Source: Cladosporium halotolerans (Eukaryota). From it: a stretch of DNA of 64,000 nt. Below, in pieces: positions 46,061 through 59,199 of this stretch. The notes below the pieces were generated by a model, which was not told where the DNA came from, ran no database searches, and worked only from the letters and a program-made list of their open reading frames with translations. The position numbers and the translations under genes were made by a program. Each line of letters starts with the position of its first letter. The first letter of the stretch is position 1. The stretch is taken from assembly GCF_011745625.1 (NCBI RefSeq), contig NW_027191454.1, positions 930,001-994,000 on the forward strand, given 5' to 3'.

Positions 46061-49000
46061 ATGAAACCTGAGAACACTGTCAAGGCAGAGGCCGAACATG
46101 AATCGCCGATTCACGATGAGACCAACGGCGAGGCCAAAGCTGCGGTCAAAGGTAAGCAATGAGATTGTTGGGAACATGGCATTTCATCGTTCGAATGCCG
46201 TCTAACACGTCCGTCAGACAATGCCACGAGCGAGGACAAGACAAAGTCACAGAGTGGCACCGCACAATTCCCGCCACCCAAGACGGACAAACCTCGTCCA
46301 CATGTTTGTACCACTTGCGGGCGATCCTTCGCTCGGCTAGAACACCTCAAGCGTCACGAACGATCGCATACGAAAGAGAAACCGTTCGAATGCCCTGAAT
46401 GCACAAGATGCTTTGCGCGTCGAGATCTGCTCCTGCGCCACCAACAGAAGCTACACATGACTAACCCAGCATCCTCACGGCCGCGTGCCGGCAGGCGAGA
46501 AAGTGTAAGTGGTGCATCAGTAACCGGTGGTAACAACAGAGTCCGAAAGAACTCCGTCATCAACACCGGCAATGGCGCGCCCGGAATGGCAGCAAACGGT
46601 GTTCGTCCACGCGCCAATACCCTCGGCCACATTGATCTGGCTAGCCTTGGCCTTGTGGACATCTCCAACACGAACAACTCATTCAACCGAATGAATGCAC
46701 TCGGATTGGGAACGCCCGCCTATGGACACGGTCATGGACATCACCACAGCGCTAGCATATCAGCGGGCATGCCGCATCAGATGAACTTCGACTATCGTGG
46801 GATGTCGACGGCCATGGGCCACCATGGAAACATTGCTGGCCTTCCTAAAATTGACACCCAGGCTGTCAACAATATGGACGTGGGCAATTCTCTGCACACA
46901 GCACCAGCTGTGGCTGGCTTTGGCGGATTTGATTTGGACCAGCTGTTCAGCCCCGGAACCACAATCAACCCTGCGCAACTGCACTTCGGCGGCAGCAATG
47001 CTAATGCGAATGGAAACTCAATGATGACCTCAATGTCGTCGTTCACCAACACACAACCGGTCATTGATGAGAACGACGATTTCGGCTGGATGCGTAACTG
47101 GAGCATGCAGAACATGACCACGGGCGTCGACAACGAGGATGCTATCGAGGATTCTTCGCCTTCCAGGATCAGCAGCGGTGACAGCCCGGGAGACTTTACC
47201 GACAGCATGGGAAACAGCAACATGGCTCTGTCGATGCAGAACAACTCTCCTTGGTCGCAACCTGACCCAACAAGCCAACATGCAATGACCGTCGGGCCAT
47301 TCCAGATGGACGCGCTTGGATCTGGGCTACCCAACTTGGATGCATCAATGGGTACAATGTCACCTGGTAACATGCTGGACTCAACGCCTATGTCAGATCA
47401 GTACTTTAACGATATTATGATGCAACAGAACATGCCCCAGCAAGCACAGCAACAAGCACAGCAACCACAACAGCACCAGACGCCGCCCTTTCAACAAGAA
47501 GCTACTTTTAATACCCCCCAGCATTTCTTCCCGCAGTCAATTTCTACCCTGGGGTCCAACAGCCCGAGCATGTCATCGCCTTCCATGAACGGTAGCGCCC
47601 GGCAAAGCTCAGTTACCTCCGTTTCCACGGACTCCATCACAGATTCCACCCGTCAAGCTTTACTTGCCAGCTTGTCTCTGCCAACCGTCTTCGGCGGCCA
47701 GCACAGGAAATACTCCCAGCCAACAGTGAGCTCTCCGCTATCGCCTTCCGTAACTCGTAGCTCAATGCAAGCGCCGAGTCTACCGAGCACGGCTGCTATC
47801 CGGAAATACGTGGATGCCTTCATCCAATTCGCACACCCACATATGCCATGTCTCCACATCCCCACCCTGACTTTCGACACTTTGGACTTTGCCAGCAGCA
47901 TCCGCGGTCAAAGCAGTCAGGCGCAGTCTAGCATAATGGGTGGTGGCGGATGTCTTATTCTGGCGATGGCTGCCGTAGGCGCACTCTATGAATACGACCA
48001 CGTAGCGTCCAAAGAGCTGTTCGAATCCGCGAAGAAGATGATCAACCTTTATCTTGAGGAGAGGAGAAAGGCGGACATGAGCAACGCTCAGAATGGAGGC
48101 TTGTCTGGAGACGCGAACTCTCAGCATACTCCGCTCTGGCTCGTTCAAGCCATGCTTCTGAACGTCGTTTACGGCCACCAGTGCGGCGACAAAGTGGCGG
48201 CTGATATCGCAAGCAGCCATTCTGCCGCGCTTGTTGCGTTGGCGAGGGCCGCGGATCTGTGCCAGCCTTCGCAAATGTCGTCTCCCTCCACTTCTGACGG
48301 ACATCAAGACGGCGAGCAGAGCACGCCGGGAGACGTGCACATGACGGAAGGCCATGCTTCTGAGCACAATCAATCGGGGAACTACGGTCATCACAGCGCG
48401 GATCTGCAGACTCAATGGCTGAACTGGAAGGCATCAGAAGAGCGCAAGCGGACGCTTTTCGCCATCTTCATCATCTCCAGCTTGCTTACAACAGCATACA
48501 ACCAGACGCCAACGATCATGAATTCTGAAATCGCATTGGACCTCCCTTGTGACGAGCAACTTTGGTCGGCAGAGAGCGCGCAGGCATGGCAGAATCTGGG
48601 TGGTCTCGCCGCGGTAGAAAGCAGTTCGATTTCGTTTGCAGGCGCGTTGAGCACACTGCTCACAGCAAACCAGCGTAATAACGGCAACTTCGGATCCAAT
48701 ACGTACAACAGCAACAACCCGCTTGGCGCATTGCAGGCAGGCGACGCTTTTGGCGAGAATGACCTCCGACCGAGCACCTACGGATGTCTCGTCTTAATTA
48801 ACGCTCTCCACAACTACATCTGGGAAACTCGCAGCAGGCACCAAGGAAGACAATGGACAGCGCAAGAGACCGAATCGATGTTTTCACACATCGAGCCAGC
48901 TCTGAACGCGTGGCAGGCCGCATGGAAGGCCAACGATCACCACAAGCTCGAGCGCCCGAATCCTTTCGGCCTCGGTCCTCTGTCAGCCGACAGCATACCT

Positions 49001-49841
49001 TTGCTCGACCTTGCATTCGTCCGCCTATTTGTCAACCTCAGCCGGTCAAAAGAGGCGTTCTGGCAGCGCGACTACGATGCCATGGCAGATGAGCTCGCAC
49101 GCGGATCAGAAATTGTGCAGCACGCCGAAGGCTCTCAAGCGGATTCCGAAGAGAAATCATCTGGTAGCCGGCAAGGACCACACGCTCACAAGCGCATGTC
49201 GCACCCTTCAGCGCAGAATACTTCGAAGAGGGAGCGCCATCTCCGGAAGGCCGCTTTCTACGCCGCGGACTCGTTGACCATCGCCTGCAGCTTCAACTTG
49301 ACGTACGCGGACGCCACTGCGCACGAGTTGCCGATTCAGTCGGCGATGTGCTTCTTCGACTGCTGCCAGGTCCTCGCCGAGTGGGCTTGCACGGTTCAGG
49401 AGCGCGTCGGCCGCTACTTGGGCGTCCTGGGACGCGACCAGATCGATCTCTCTGGTGTTCCCGCCATCATGCTCTTGGAAGGCGAAGACGTCGAGCTCCT
49501 GCGGAAGATCGAAAGCATCTGCGAGAGTCTGGAGCTGAAGCGCTACCAAGCGGAGAATCTGCTTGCCATGGACTTGCAGCAGTTGAATCCCTCGGCGCCG
49601 ATGCACGCCATGCATAACAATGTCAACCTGAGCGCTTGTGGGTACGGTAGCAAGACGCTGCGCATCACGGCCATGATGCTGGAGAAGGCGATCGTTTGGC
49701 CTGGTAAGTTCTGAGACGTTCGACGCTCTCATGCGATGATCGCTAACGATTGCATTTGCAGTTACCCACGTAATGGCCAAAGCGCTCGAGACCCAAGCAG
49801 CACACATGGACCGCCGCGCCGACGCTTCTACCTCACCTTGA
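46061..49841 (+). CDS. C2H2 zinc-finger transcription factor with fungal TF domain (AmdX/Adr1-like); exons 46061-46151, 46218-49703, 49762-49841
   Basis: [60 protein letters not shown] lies upstream of and in frame with ORF 46457-49714. [11 protein letters not shown] and EERKRTLF fungal TF domain. Two GTAAG..CTAAC..CAG introns. Confidence 0.9.
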
Positions 49842-50980
49842 AGATATGATTCAACATGATACCCCTGTCAAGCCTACTGGAATCTCTACACCGCACGCTG
49901 ATACGCGATCAACGCACTACCTGTCCGACTTCGCCTCGACCTCGAATCTTTTTTTTTCATTCCCTCTCTCCGGACCTAAGCAACGCTTTTCGAACGCTCA
50001 AAAGTTCTTTCATTACCACTTCGTTCGGATTGTAAAAGCGGCGTTCAAAAACCTTGCTTTGGTTACTACCCGGCAAAATCACTCTCACTGGCTTTCTTCG
50101 ACAGGATGGAGAAAAGTCGCCACGAACTGGGATGATTGGTGTAGATGAATTTTTCCTTCTTACTTTCTTTTTGTTTTCGTGTTCGGGTTGGTCAATCTCT
50201 TTCCAGCTGCTCCTAATGATCTTGACGACGCCGGGAAATTTTTTTGGATTGGAGGGATTGTGAGAAAAATCTAAAAGAAAAGCGTGCCTTGACTATGGCG
50301 GTCGCAGCCATGATGATTCCATGCTTTTCCACTCGATCTACATCGAGTCGTCAAAGCGTGCGAGCTGTTTCATGCTGCGCTGGCTAAGATGTCTCAAAAC
50401 TGGCGGAGGCTTTTTCTTTCTACAACGGAAAAAGTTGGCACTCGAAAACCCGATGTAAATAGCGTGAACGAATGAATGACGATCCTGAATAATCCGCTCT
50501 CTCGTTTATTACCAATGTAGATCACTCATCATCAGCCACAACGAGATGGCAGATAGGGTTTGACATGACACGCGACTGATACATACGCCTTATGCAGCCT
50601 TAAAAACGGTCTCGGCACCACCACGTGGCGGCCGGGGTTCCAAAGGATCACCGTGGTTCAGAGATTGCGCCATCAGGTGTTTGCTTTTGCACCATCGCCC
50701 CCTGCATCGGTACTTGAGGCGTGGGTTACGCCCTTGGGTGTGTGTCGCCGCGATAACGCCGTCCCTTCGGTATCACCCCTCACGTCTCCTCACTTCACCT
50801 CCCCCAGACTTTCACGCTAGCGTCATCTTCTCCTCCTTTCAACCTGCAAGGCACCGCACCTCGATGGCCGCGACCCGACCGTCTCCACCACCAGACCAAA
50901 CAACCAAACCCCTCCCGACCCGATAAGGTGGTGCAACCCCCCCACCTCGACTCCCGGCACGCACGCCTCCACCCTACCGC

Positions 50981-51008
50981 CCGACCGACCGACCGACCGA
51001 CCGACCGG
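50981..51008 (+). repeat. (CCGA)n microsatellite immediately upstream of the DUG3 ATG
   Basis: ccgaccgaccgaccgaccgaccgaccg, ending a few bases before ATG 51011. Confidence 0.85.
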
Positions 51009-51010
51009 CC

Positions 51011-52198
51011 ATGTGCCGCTTCCTCATCTACGCCGGCCAGTCGCCCATCCTCCTCTCCCACCTCATCACCTCGCCCACCCACAGCATCCTAACCCAAAGC
51101 TACGACTCCCGCCTCCGCCTCGACCACCGCCGCCCGCACAACGGCGACGGCTTCGGCGTCGGCTACTACACCTCCTCGCGCTCCCCGCCCTCCCCCTCCT
51201 CCGACACCGACCCCCCCGGCGAAATCGACCTCGGCCCCGAACCCTGCATCTTCACCTCGACCATCCCCGCCTGGAACTGCCGCAACCTGTCCCGCCTGGC
51301 GTCCAAAACCGTCTCGCCGCTCGTCTTCGCCCACGTCCGCGCGAGCACCGAGGGCGCCCTCGCCGACGCCAACTGCCACCCGTTCGCGCGCGGCGCCCTC
51401 ATGTGGATGCACAACGGCGGCGTCGGCGGGTGGACGCTGGGCGTCAAGCGCGCGCTGGTCTCCGCCGTCGCGGACCGGTGGTTCGAAGCTGTGGGCGGCA
51501 GCACGGACAGCGAGTGGGCGTTCGCGCTGTTCTTGGACAGCCTCGAGGAGATGGGCGTGGATCCGGATTGCGAGAGGAGGCAGCGGGAGGGGTTCGGGCA
51601 CTCGGTGCTGCGCCGGGCGCTGCTGAGGACGATCGAGAGGATCAATGGGTTTATTGCTGGGATTCCGGAGGAGGTGAGGCGGAGGGGCGACGTGAGGAGT
51701 CTGCTGAATTTCGCGGTGACGGACGGCAAGAGCGTTGTCTGCACGCGGTATGTGAGCAGCCGGACGGACGAGGCGGCGAGTTTGTTTTTCAGTTCCGGCA
51801 CGAGCTGGACGCAGCAGCCTTCTTCTGGGGGCGAGGGGGCGGAGGGGGCGAAGCCGGCGCCGGGCAGCGGGGAGTACAAGATGGAGCGGAGGGATAGGGG
51901 CAGCGATATCGTGCTTGTCGCGAGCGAGCCGTTGACGTTCGAGAGGGACAATTGGGTCACGGTGCCGACGAACAGTGTCCTGACGATCCACAATCAGAAC
52001 GTGCTGATCCATCCGATCGTGGACGAGTTTTATAATCATGCGCCGAATACGACGAGGAGTAGGGGGTTTGCGGTTGCCCAGGGGCAGACGACGGGCGATG
52101 GGATGGCGGAGAAGAAGAGTACGAAGGCGGCGATTGAGCGGGAGACTGAGGTTGGTGGGATTGGGGGGTTGGGGAGGGAGGCTGCTGTTGCGGCGTGA
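51011..52198 (+). CDS. DUG3: Class II glutamine amidotransferase Dug3 (glutathione degradation)
   Basis: MCRFL (Ntn Cys2), NGDGFGVGYY, PAWNCRNL, FAHVRAST, NCHPF, MHNGG, GSTDSEWAFALF, VASEPLT. Confidence 0.93.
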   Translation: MCRFLIYAGQSPILLSHLITSPTHSILTQSYDSRLRLDHRRPHNGDGFGVGYYTSSRSPPSPSSDTDPPGEIDLGPEPCIFTSTIPAWNCRNLSRLASKTVSPLVFAHVRASTEGALADANCHPFARGALMWMHNGGVGGWTLGVKRALVSAVADRWFEAVGGSTDSEWAFALFLDSLEEMGVDPDCERRQREGFGHSVLRRALLRTIERINGFIAGIPEEVRRRGDVRSLLNFAVTDGKSVVCTRYVSSRTDEAASLFFSSGTSWTQQPSSGGEGAEGAKPAPGSGEYKMERRDRGSDIVLVASEPLTFERDNWVTVPTNSVLTIHNQNVLIHPIVDEFYNHAPNTTRSRGFAVAQGQTTGDGMAEKKSTKAAIERETEVGGIGGLGREAAVAA

Positions 52199-52466
52199 TA
52201 GTGGTTTGAATGGTATCGAGCAGAAGCCTGGCAAGGCACAAGAACTGACTGCATGGAGCATTGGGACATCATTTAGCGAGTGCGTTCGGCGTCTAGGGTC
52301 AGAATGGACAAAATGTAGGATATACGGTATAGACTGCATTGGACCGGGTCAGGGATTCATGTACAACATAGCATTTCGTATCGTTAAAGCTTCGCCGCGG
52401 GACTCGAGCAACGGGGTTCAGATCTCATCTCGTCCCAGTGACCGTAGCAATCCGGTCTAATACTGC

Positions 52467-52976
52467 TCATTGCTCCTTGTGGTAGAACATCTCGGGGTAG
52501 CGGTGCGTGACATCGACCACGGCGTCTACTGCGTTGAAGTCTATCGCGCCACGTGTGTTAGCTTAAAGTCACTTAAAACCCTCTATCAAGAATCCTTTGG
52601 CATGAACCTTCCGTTCCATGGGGCGAACGACAGGGGACACGATAAACACTCACCAATCCCGCCCTCAGGCCCGAAATCTGTGCTCGCCATCACCCGCACG
52701 CTCAAGTCGTTCTGCACTTTGCCGATGATCTCCACCGCGTGGTTGAGCTGAAGGTGTGAGTCCTGACGGTGTCTGTCAGCACATCTTGCTCTCTCAACAT
52801 GTCCCTTCGATGTGGAAGAGTCGTCATACGCGGTTCAAGAAGACACTGATCTGCCCACCAGCGTCGATGGTGGCCTGCTCGCCGCGCAGCTGCCGCACTT
52901 TGCCCAGGATGCGGACAGTCTGGTGGGAGAACTGCTCCAGGTAGGGTGCTGTGATGCGGGGAGTTGATTCGGACAT
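52467..52976 (-). CDS. RFA3: Replication protein A small subunit (RPA3/Rfa3/Ssb3); exons 52976-52830, 52762-52654, 52540-52467
   Basis: Not in the ORF track. Spliced: MSESTPRITAPYLEQFSHQTVRILGKV...NR/DSHLQLNHAVEIIGKVQNDLSVRVMASTDFG..I/DFNAVDAVVDVTHRYPEMFY, an OB-fold RPA14 pattern. Confidence 0.9.
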
Positions 52977-53511
52977 TGTGCTTTATTTCTTTCTTTCTTT
53001 CCGTCAGTTGAGTAGGCAGTGGTGGTCTGCTAAAGTGGCGGTTCGCGCTTCGCGTTTGGTGAGACGCGCTGCGGCGGGAGTGGAAGTTCGCGAGAGCACG
53101 TGAGCGCAGCACTTACGCTTTGCCATCATCGTGTATCTGGTGGGACGGTGTCGAGCCAGGCTTCTACAAGCAAACATTGGGTTTGACTCTGTTTGGTCCT
53201 TTTTTGATTGGTGTGAGATATTGAATCCTACAAAAATTTGAAGGCACGATTGTATTTCTACGCTCGTCAGAGCGTGTCAGTCAGTCATATGGGAATGTTA
53301 AACTTTGTGGCAACGAGAAGATCGATCAAAGCCTCAATCATATTCAAGCCGGAAAAGGACGGCAGGACTCAAAGGCGTCCAGGTGGAATTCACGCCACTC
53401 AATGACTTGATCAATAAATTTTACAGTGCTCTATGCTACAAGATATGATGGCCGTCGCATCCCACGCGGCACGCGTCAAACAAGACTACAGACTTTTAAT
53501 AATAGTCCGAT

Positions 53512-54876
53512 CTAGTTGACCAGCGCCTCCTCTTTCTGTCCCTTGCGCTCTTCACGGCCTTTCTCTACTACTATCTGTTTGACTCTTTGCAGCATTCTCT
53601 CCCTGACGGCGTCCTCTTGAGTCTTCAGAGCTGCTTGAGCCTCGTTGCGCTCGTCACGGGCAGACTTCTTCTTCTCCCTAAGCTCGGCCACCCCCATGAC
53701 GGCTTCGTCATTGGCATGTGGCGCTCGATGACGTGTAAGACCCATGGGTTCGTGGGTGACCGCCTCGGGCCAGGCCTCGGCGTACTCGGCGTCGAGCTGG
53801 TTGGCCCACTTGATCACGACGTCCTTTGAGCTGAAGACAGGCGCCAATTCGCGCATGATCTGAGAGCGCAAATAGCCACGCTTAGGGAGCTCGCTCAACT
53901 TTACCTCAGCGTTAGCAACACCAGACTCAGAGTCTTCCAGGGTGCTCTGCATGCCCTTGTACTGTTTCCTCGGGAAGGGAGGGAGCTGCTCGGCGATGCG
54001 CGCGTCGCGTTGCTCTGGTGCAAGACTTTGAGCGCCCGGCTCATTGTTCACGATCTCCGTCGCCTTGGCCACGGCTTCAACAGAGAACAGCGTCTTGCGC
54101 TTTTTGCCATGCAGACCTTTCAGCTCCGTCCTTAGTTGGTTGTTTGACGTTTCCTTCTCGGTGCCCGCTTTGTTGGCCTCCAGCTGCGTCGAAAGCTCTT
54201 GAATCCTTGCCTCGATAGTTTCGAGAACGCCTTCTTCCGCCTCCTTTGCCATCTCCAGCATCCTACGAACGTCCTCCTTTCGTCGAAACGCCGCATTTTC
54301 GTCTTTCCATTTCTGGGTTTCCACGCCATTTTCGTCCTGCGCTATTAACACCGCCGCAAGGTCAGCCACGCTGTTGGCGCGCTGGTCGAGCACTGCGTGT
54401 ACCCTCATCTTCTTCTTCTTGTGCTTGATGACATCGTACACGTTCTCCGACTTGCTGCCGCCCCTGTTGTCGAGTTCCTTCTGAAGCTTCTCGATTTCCG
54501 CAGGCGTGTGGTTCAGGTCGAGCAGCGGGGGGCGCTCCCATGTCGTCTCGTGCAGTTTTCGCCATTCCCTCAATTTCCTGAACAGGTTGAAGTTCTGAGC
54601 TTTTGAGCGCTGGTCCACGGGGAAACGCACAGTCCAGAAAGGGCGCCAGAGATCTTTCCGCAGGCTGACGAAGCTGTTGTTCGCGCCGACGTCGGGTAGT
54701 TGTTTCCTTACTGTGGCATTCTAGGCGCTATTAGCATGGTGTGACGGCCTTCGGCGCGGGATGGAGAGGCTCACGTCGAGGACGGGCTTGAACGAGTAGA
54801 CGACCTGCTTCGTCTTGACTTGGTAGAAGGCGTAGATCGCGGAGTTCACGACGGGCTTCTCTACGGCCTTCGACAT
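53512..54876 (-). CDS. MHR1: Mitochondrial ribosomal protein mL67 / Mhr1; exons 54876-54775 and 54720-53512
   Basis: IYAFYQVKTKQVVYS, LRKDLWRP, FRKLREWRKLHETTW, DQRANSVADLAAVL, IKWANQLDAEYAEAWPEAVTH. An additional upstream exon cannot be excluded. Confidence 0.85.
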
Positions 54877-55211
54877 GCTGGTAATGGCCAACGCGGTGGC
54901 AGATGTTAGTGGCAGGATGCGCGCGCCCGGCTATTCGCAGTCCAATGTTCGCAGTGCCTGGCCTGCGAGAGATTCTTGGGGCTTGAGTACGGCGGACGAC
55001 AGCCAGCACTTTCTGCCTCGCGGCACCCCCGAGCGGCTCCGCATTCGATCAAGCGGGACCAAAGCCGAGGCGTCGGCGTCAGCTGCGATTGATTGGAGTT
55101 GCGATGGTGAGCTTCAGCCATTTGATGAGATCACCTACCTAAATAATGTTCTGTCCACGTAGCTGAATGCTGCCTTTCGCCTACCCTCTCTCACCTCTGT
55201 TGACGGGATGA

Positions 55212-57309
55212 ATGGCCTCCAAGGACTCCACCCAGCGAGCTCAGTCAGCCGACGCGGTCGCCGGTCGTCGCGATAGGCCATGGCTGCTCCCTTATGTATT
55301 TATTCTCCTGCTGTAGGAGCCCTGCATACTTGAACCCACGCTGAACCCCATGACAGAACTGTCGGCTTCGTAATGTCATCTCAATCTCGCTGCGTAACTT
55401 GTCCCTGCACACTTCGCCCTCCTCGCGCCGGCGAGGACAAACCATTGACGACGATGCTGTACCAAACACCCTCGTGTCGCCCGCAAAGCTAGTCGCACTA
55501 CGCGAAAAGAAGACGCTAGGACATTCCAGAAGTTCTTCAGATTTGAGGCGCGTGCCAGAAGACGGTTCGTACTCAGATGTTGAAAGCGCGAAGCGGGACA
55601 CTGGTTCGCCTAAGAGGAACAGAGACAGCTCTCACGCTCACAATGTCGGCAATGGAACTCCGAGAACACCTCCTCGCCCGTCATTTGCGAAGTTGCGGAG
55701 GCGTAGCACGTTGGAATGGGCGAATGCGAGCCCTCAGTCGCGTCAAGAAAGGCTTGAGGGGTTGACGGCTGATCGGATGGCGGACGCGTTCTTTAGCTTG
55801 CATGCTGAGGGCGTTCAAGGTGAGGAGGTTTGCACTTCTCACAAATGTGCGAACTCATTGCTGACTGGATTACAAGATCCTATTTACGTGTCCGAAGTCG
55901 TTGAGCACACGATGAACCCGACTTTCCGTTCGATCGACCTCGACTTAGCCGCGCCAGGAACAACACGCCTGGACGAACTCAATATGCGAGTTTGGGTCAA
56001 AAGCACCAAATGGGATAACTGGCGGCAACTTCTTGAGACCTCCCTCAAGCTAAGAGAGCTGCAGTATTTGTGTAAACATCTAGAGGATCTTGATCGCCCA
56101 CTACCTCACAACGCCATCGTCTTCTCCTTGCCGGACGGTGTCTATACGACGTTCAACTCTTTGGCCGAATATGTGCCTCCACCTATGGCTCCACTTGCTC
56201 GGGCGAACAGCACGCGTAGACTTCATACCAGCTCATTCGATGCTCTTCTTAGGTTATCAAAGCTAGACGACAGCATTCAGGACGCACTTGCGACTAGGAA
56301 GCAGCTTGCGGCAGAGCTCGAGGCGATACTTCAAGAGAACAGGACTGCTATGACAGAGCGCGATCGTGTGGCCGAAGCTCAAGACAGGCTGAAAACGATC
56401 GAATATGCTAAAAAAACCGTGTCAAAGCAGCTCGAAAAAGCTCGTATGCAGCAGGAAGAAAAGCGCAAAGTTCTCGCCGGGCGCCGAGATCTCATGGCCG
56501 CCGACACCAAAAACAATAAACTGCAAGGCGACGACATGCGAGAAAGTCGAACAGAGATCCCGGGCCGCCGACATACTCTCGAGCAGAGCAAGAAAGACGT
56601 TCAAAGCCAACGCCGCCGTATTTGTGAAGATTTGCAGAAAGTGTACCCCATTCAGCCGATCAAAAACAAAGCTCTCGCTTTCACGATACGGGATCTTCCT
56701 CTCCCAAACTCAGAGGAGATTGACGGCTCTCCGCCCGAAACCATCGCTGCGGCCCTTGGTCACGTCGCACATATCCTACAATTGTTGAGCTTCTACCTCG
56801 GAACTCCACTTCCGTACCCAGTGAATCCCCGCTCAAGCACCAGTACAGTCTACGACCCAATAAGCCTTCTACCAAGTGAAGCACGAAAGGCCACAACAGC
56901 GGATGGCGAAAAGACCCTCCGCACATATCCCTTATTCTCCCGCGGCGTGCCTCGCTTCCGCTTCGAATACGCACTCTTCCTCCTGAACAAAGACATCCAG
57001 CTCATGCTCGACACGGGCTTCGGTGTTCGCGTTCTGGACATCAGGCACACGCTGCCCAATCTCAAATATCTGCTCTACGTTGCCACGGCCGGCGAGGGCG
57101 AGCTTCCTGCTAGGAAGGCGGGCGGGATTAGAGGGCTTATGCGAGGTGCCGGGAGCGAGAGTAGAGCTGCTAGTAGCGACTCTACTTCCTCTGCTCTGAG
57201 TGGAATTCTCTGGCATGGTGTCAGGCAGGACGATGGGAAGGGGAGAGGCGCGGTGGATAGTTTGAGGCGGAATGCCGGGGCGCTTGACAAGAGGGGAAAA
57301 GCAATGTAG
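55212..57309 (+). CDS. UVRAG/Vps38-like PI3K complex II subunit; exons 55212-55295, 55357-55819, 55877-57309
   Basis: RDRPWLLPY/NCRLRNVISISLRNL N-terminus, DAFFSLH, PIYVSEVVEHTMNPTF, coiled coil, AAALGHVAH, PLPYP, RFEYALFLLNKDIQ. Confidence 0.85.
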
Positions 57310-57522
57310 TCCTGGAAGTCGTGCGGCTGCTGTACTGGCGTTAAAATCAGCTGCCGAAAATACAGGCCGTTGATATTATTAAAGCACCCATTCTCGTACA
57401 ACGTGGTGAGCCTGCTTTGGCGAGCATGCAGCAGGCCCCGCGCTGCCCGAGGGCTGGCCTGAGGCGCACCTTTGAGCTATTTCAGCTCTGTCGGAGGCAT
57501 CTATCCAAAATACTTACAGACG

Positions 57523-59147
57523 ATGCTCAAAATATTAGAGAGCGCGAGTCTTCCGCAAAGGCCTCAGTATTCACCACACGGCGTGTATGCGTATGTTGAG
57601 GCATCATTTTCGAATGAGGTCGGCTAGCCGAGCGAAGCTGTTCCATACAAGACCGAATACTAACCGCCAACAGGCGAGTCATCCGGTTAACTACGACTGT
57701 AAGACTGCGTCTCTGCCTGAGAGAGACGTGGAAGATTGGGTGTGGCAGAAGGGCACTTATGCCCCGTCTCAAGCAGCACAGCGGCGCAGCGGCTTCAGGA
57801 TACTCTTCGCACAATCGACCTCTGGTTTCGCGCGCGGCGTTCCGACTACTCTGCACAATGCGAGGGTGCTAGAAGGTTTAGAGTTACCAAGCTGCAGTCT
57901 ATGTTCTTTTCAACAGACCGCCGGAGTCTTCTCTTCGCATGCTCTACCTAAGAGCCGCTCGGGGAGCAATGGCTCACGACTCGGTATCACCCAAGATACA
58001 ACAGGAGTCTGGCGAGAGCGCATGGCTAACAACTTCAGGCTTGGTGTTCCGAACGCCGCAAAAGAAAAATTGTTCCATGGGTCTGTTCGCCATCTCATAC
58101 GACTTCGGCACCCGATCGGCGACCGCTCTGAATCTCAGCTACGCTTTCGACCTCGAGCAGTTCGGAACTCTGCCTTCGAATGCTCTCAGAACCTTGATCG
58201 ACCAACTAATGGAATCTCGCGCACAATGGGGCCACCCGTTGTTCCTCCCATGCATCTTTCTCGTGGCCCACGCGGCGCGAGTCAAATCGTACATCAACGG
58301 CACGATCGGCTCTGAGATCGCTATCGTCAAGGATTGCGTCGGAGTCACGAGAGCGGGCACTTCTCAGAAAGCTTTCCTGACACAGACCTATGCGGCTGAT
58401 GAGGCTAAGCAGCCGGAATTGTTCGTCGACGGCAGACTTCAGCGGCAGGATGCGAAGAGGCTCACGGAGAAGATCAATGATCTTTCGACGTCGATCATCT
58501 ATGCAAAGCGGTCGCCTCTGTGGGATACGCAGGTTGCGAAGTTTCTTTTGGGAATTCTTGGTCAAGATGAGGAGGTGCAGAAATCAGACGAGGCGGCTTC
58601 GAAGATGTTCAAGGAGATGCTGGAGTATGTGAGCAATTTCAGTGAAGGATGTCTAGAGGAAGCAGAGAGTGCTGAGGCTCAGATGAAGTTGCAGCTCGAG
58701 ATTGTAGGTGATCAATTTTTGCTCCAGGTTCCCCAAGGCCTCTAACTGACATTGCCAATGTAGCTATACACTTCTATTGCCCAAGACGACGGTCAAACCA
58801 GTGCCCGGCTAGCAGCTTCCGCCGGCAGAGACAGCACTTCGATGAAGATTATCGCTCTCATCACGGCCGCGTATCTGCCTGGTACTTTCGTAGCGGTAGG
58901 CTCAGGTGGCCAGTGCTTTCTTTGGCTATGCTGATGAATGCAGACACTACTAAGTATGGACATGTTCAAGTGGCAATTCCCTGCTTCAGATGCCGCTACT
59001 GGCATCAATCGCGCGTCTCCGGACTTCTGGATCTACTGGGCAGTCACTATTCCGCTTACAATCGTCACTATATCAGGTTGGGCTATCTGGTGGAAGTTTG
59101 AGAAATACAGATTCGATCGAGACGTGCGAAGAACAGTCGACATGTGA
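57523..59147 (+). CDS. Fungal protein with C-terminal CorA-like two-helix transmembrane region; multi-exon, 5' end uncertain
   Basis: Intron 57984-58038 joins ORF 57587 to the ORF 57939 frame. C-terminal AGRDSTSMKIIALITAAYLPGTFVA/TLLSMDMF...FWIYWAVTIPLT is the typical CorA-like motif. Confidence 0.65.
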
Positions 59148-59199
59148 GCCGGATATCGAAACTAAATCATTGAACGCCCTAAACCATGCATGTCCCAGC

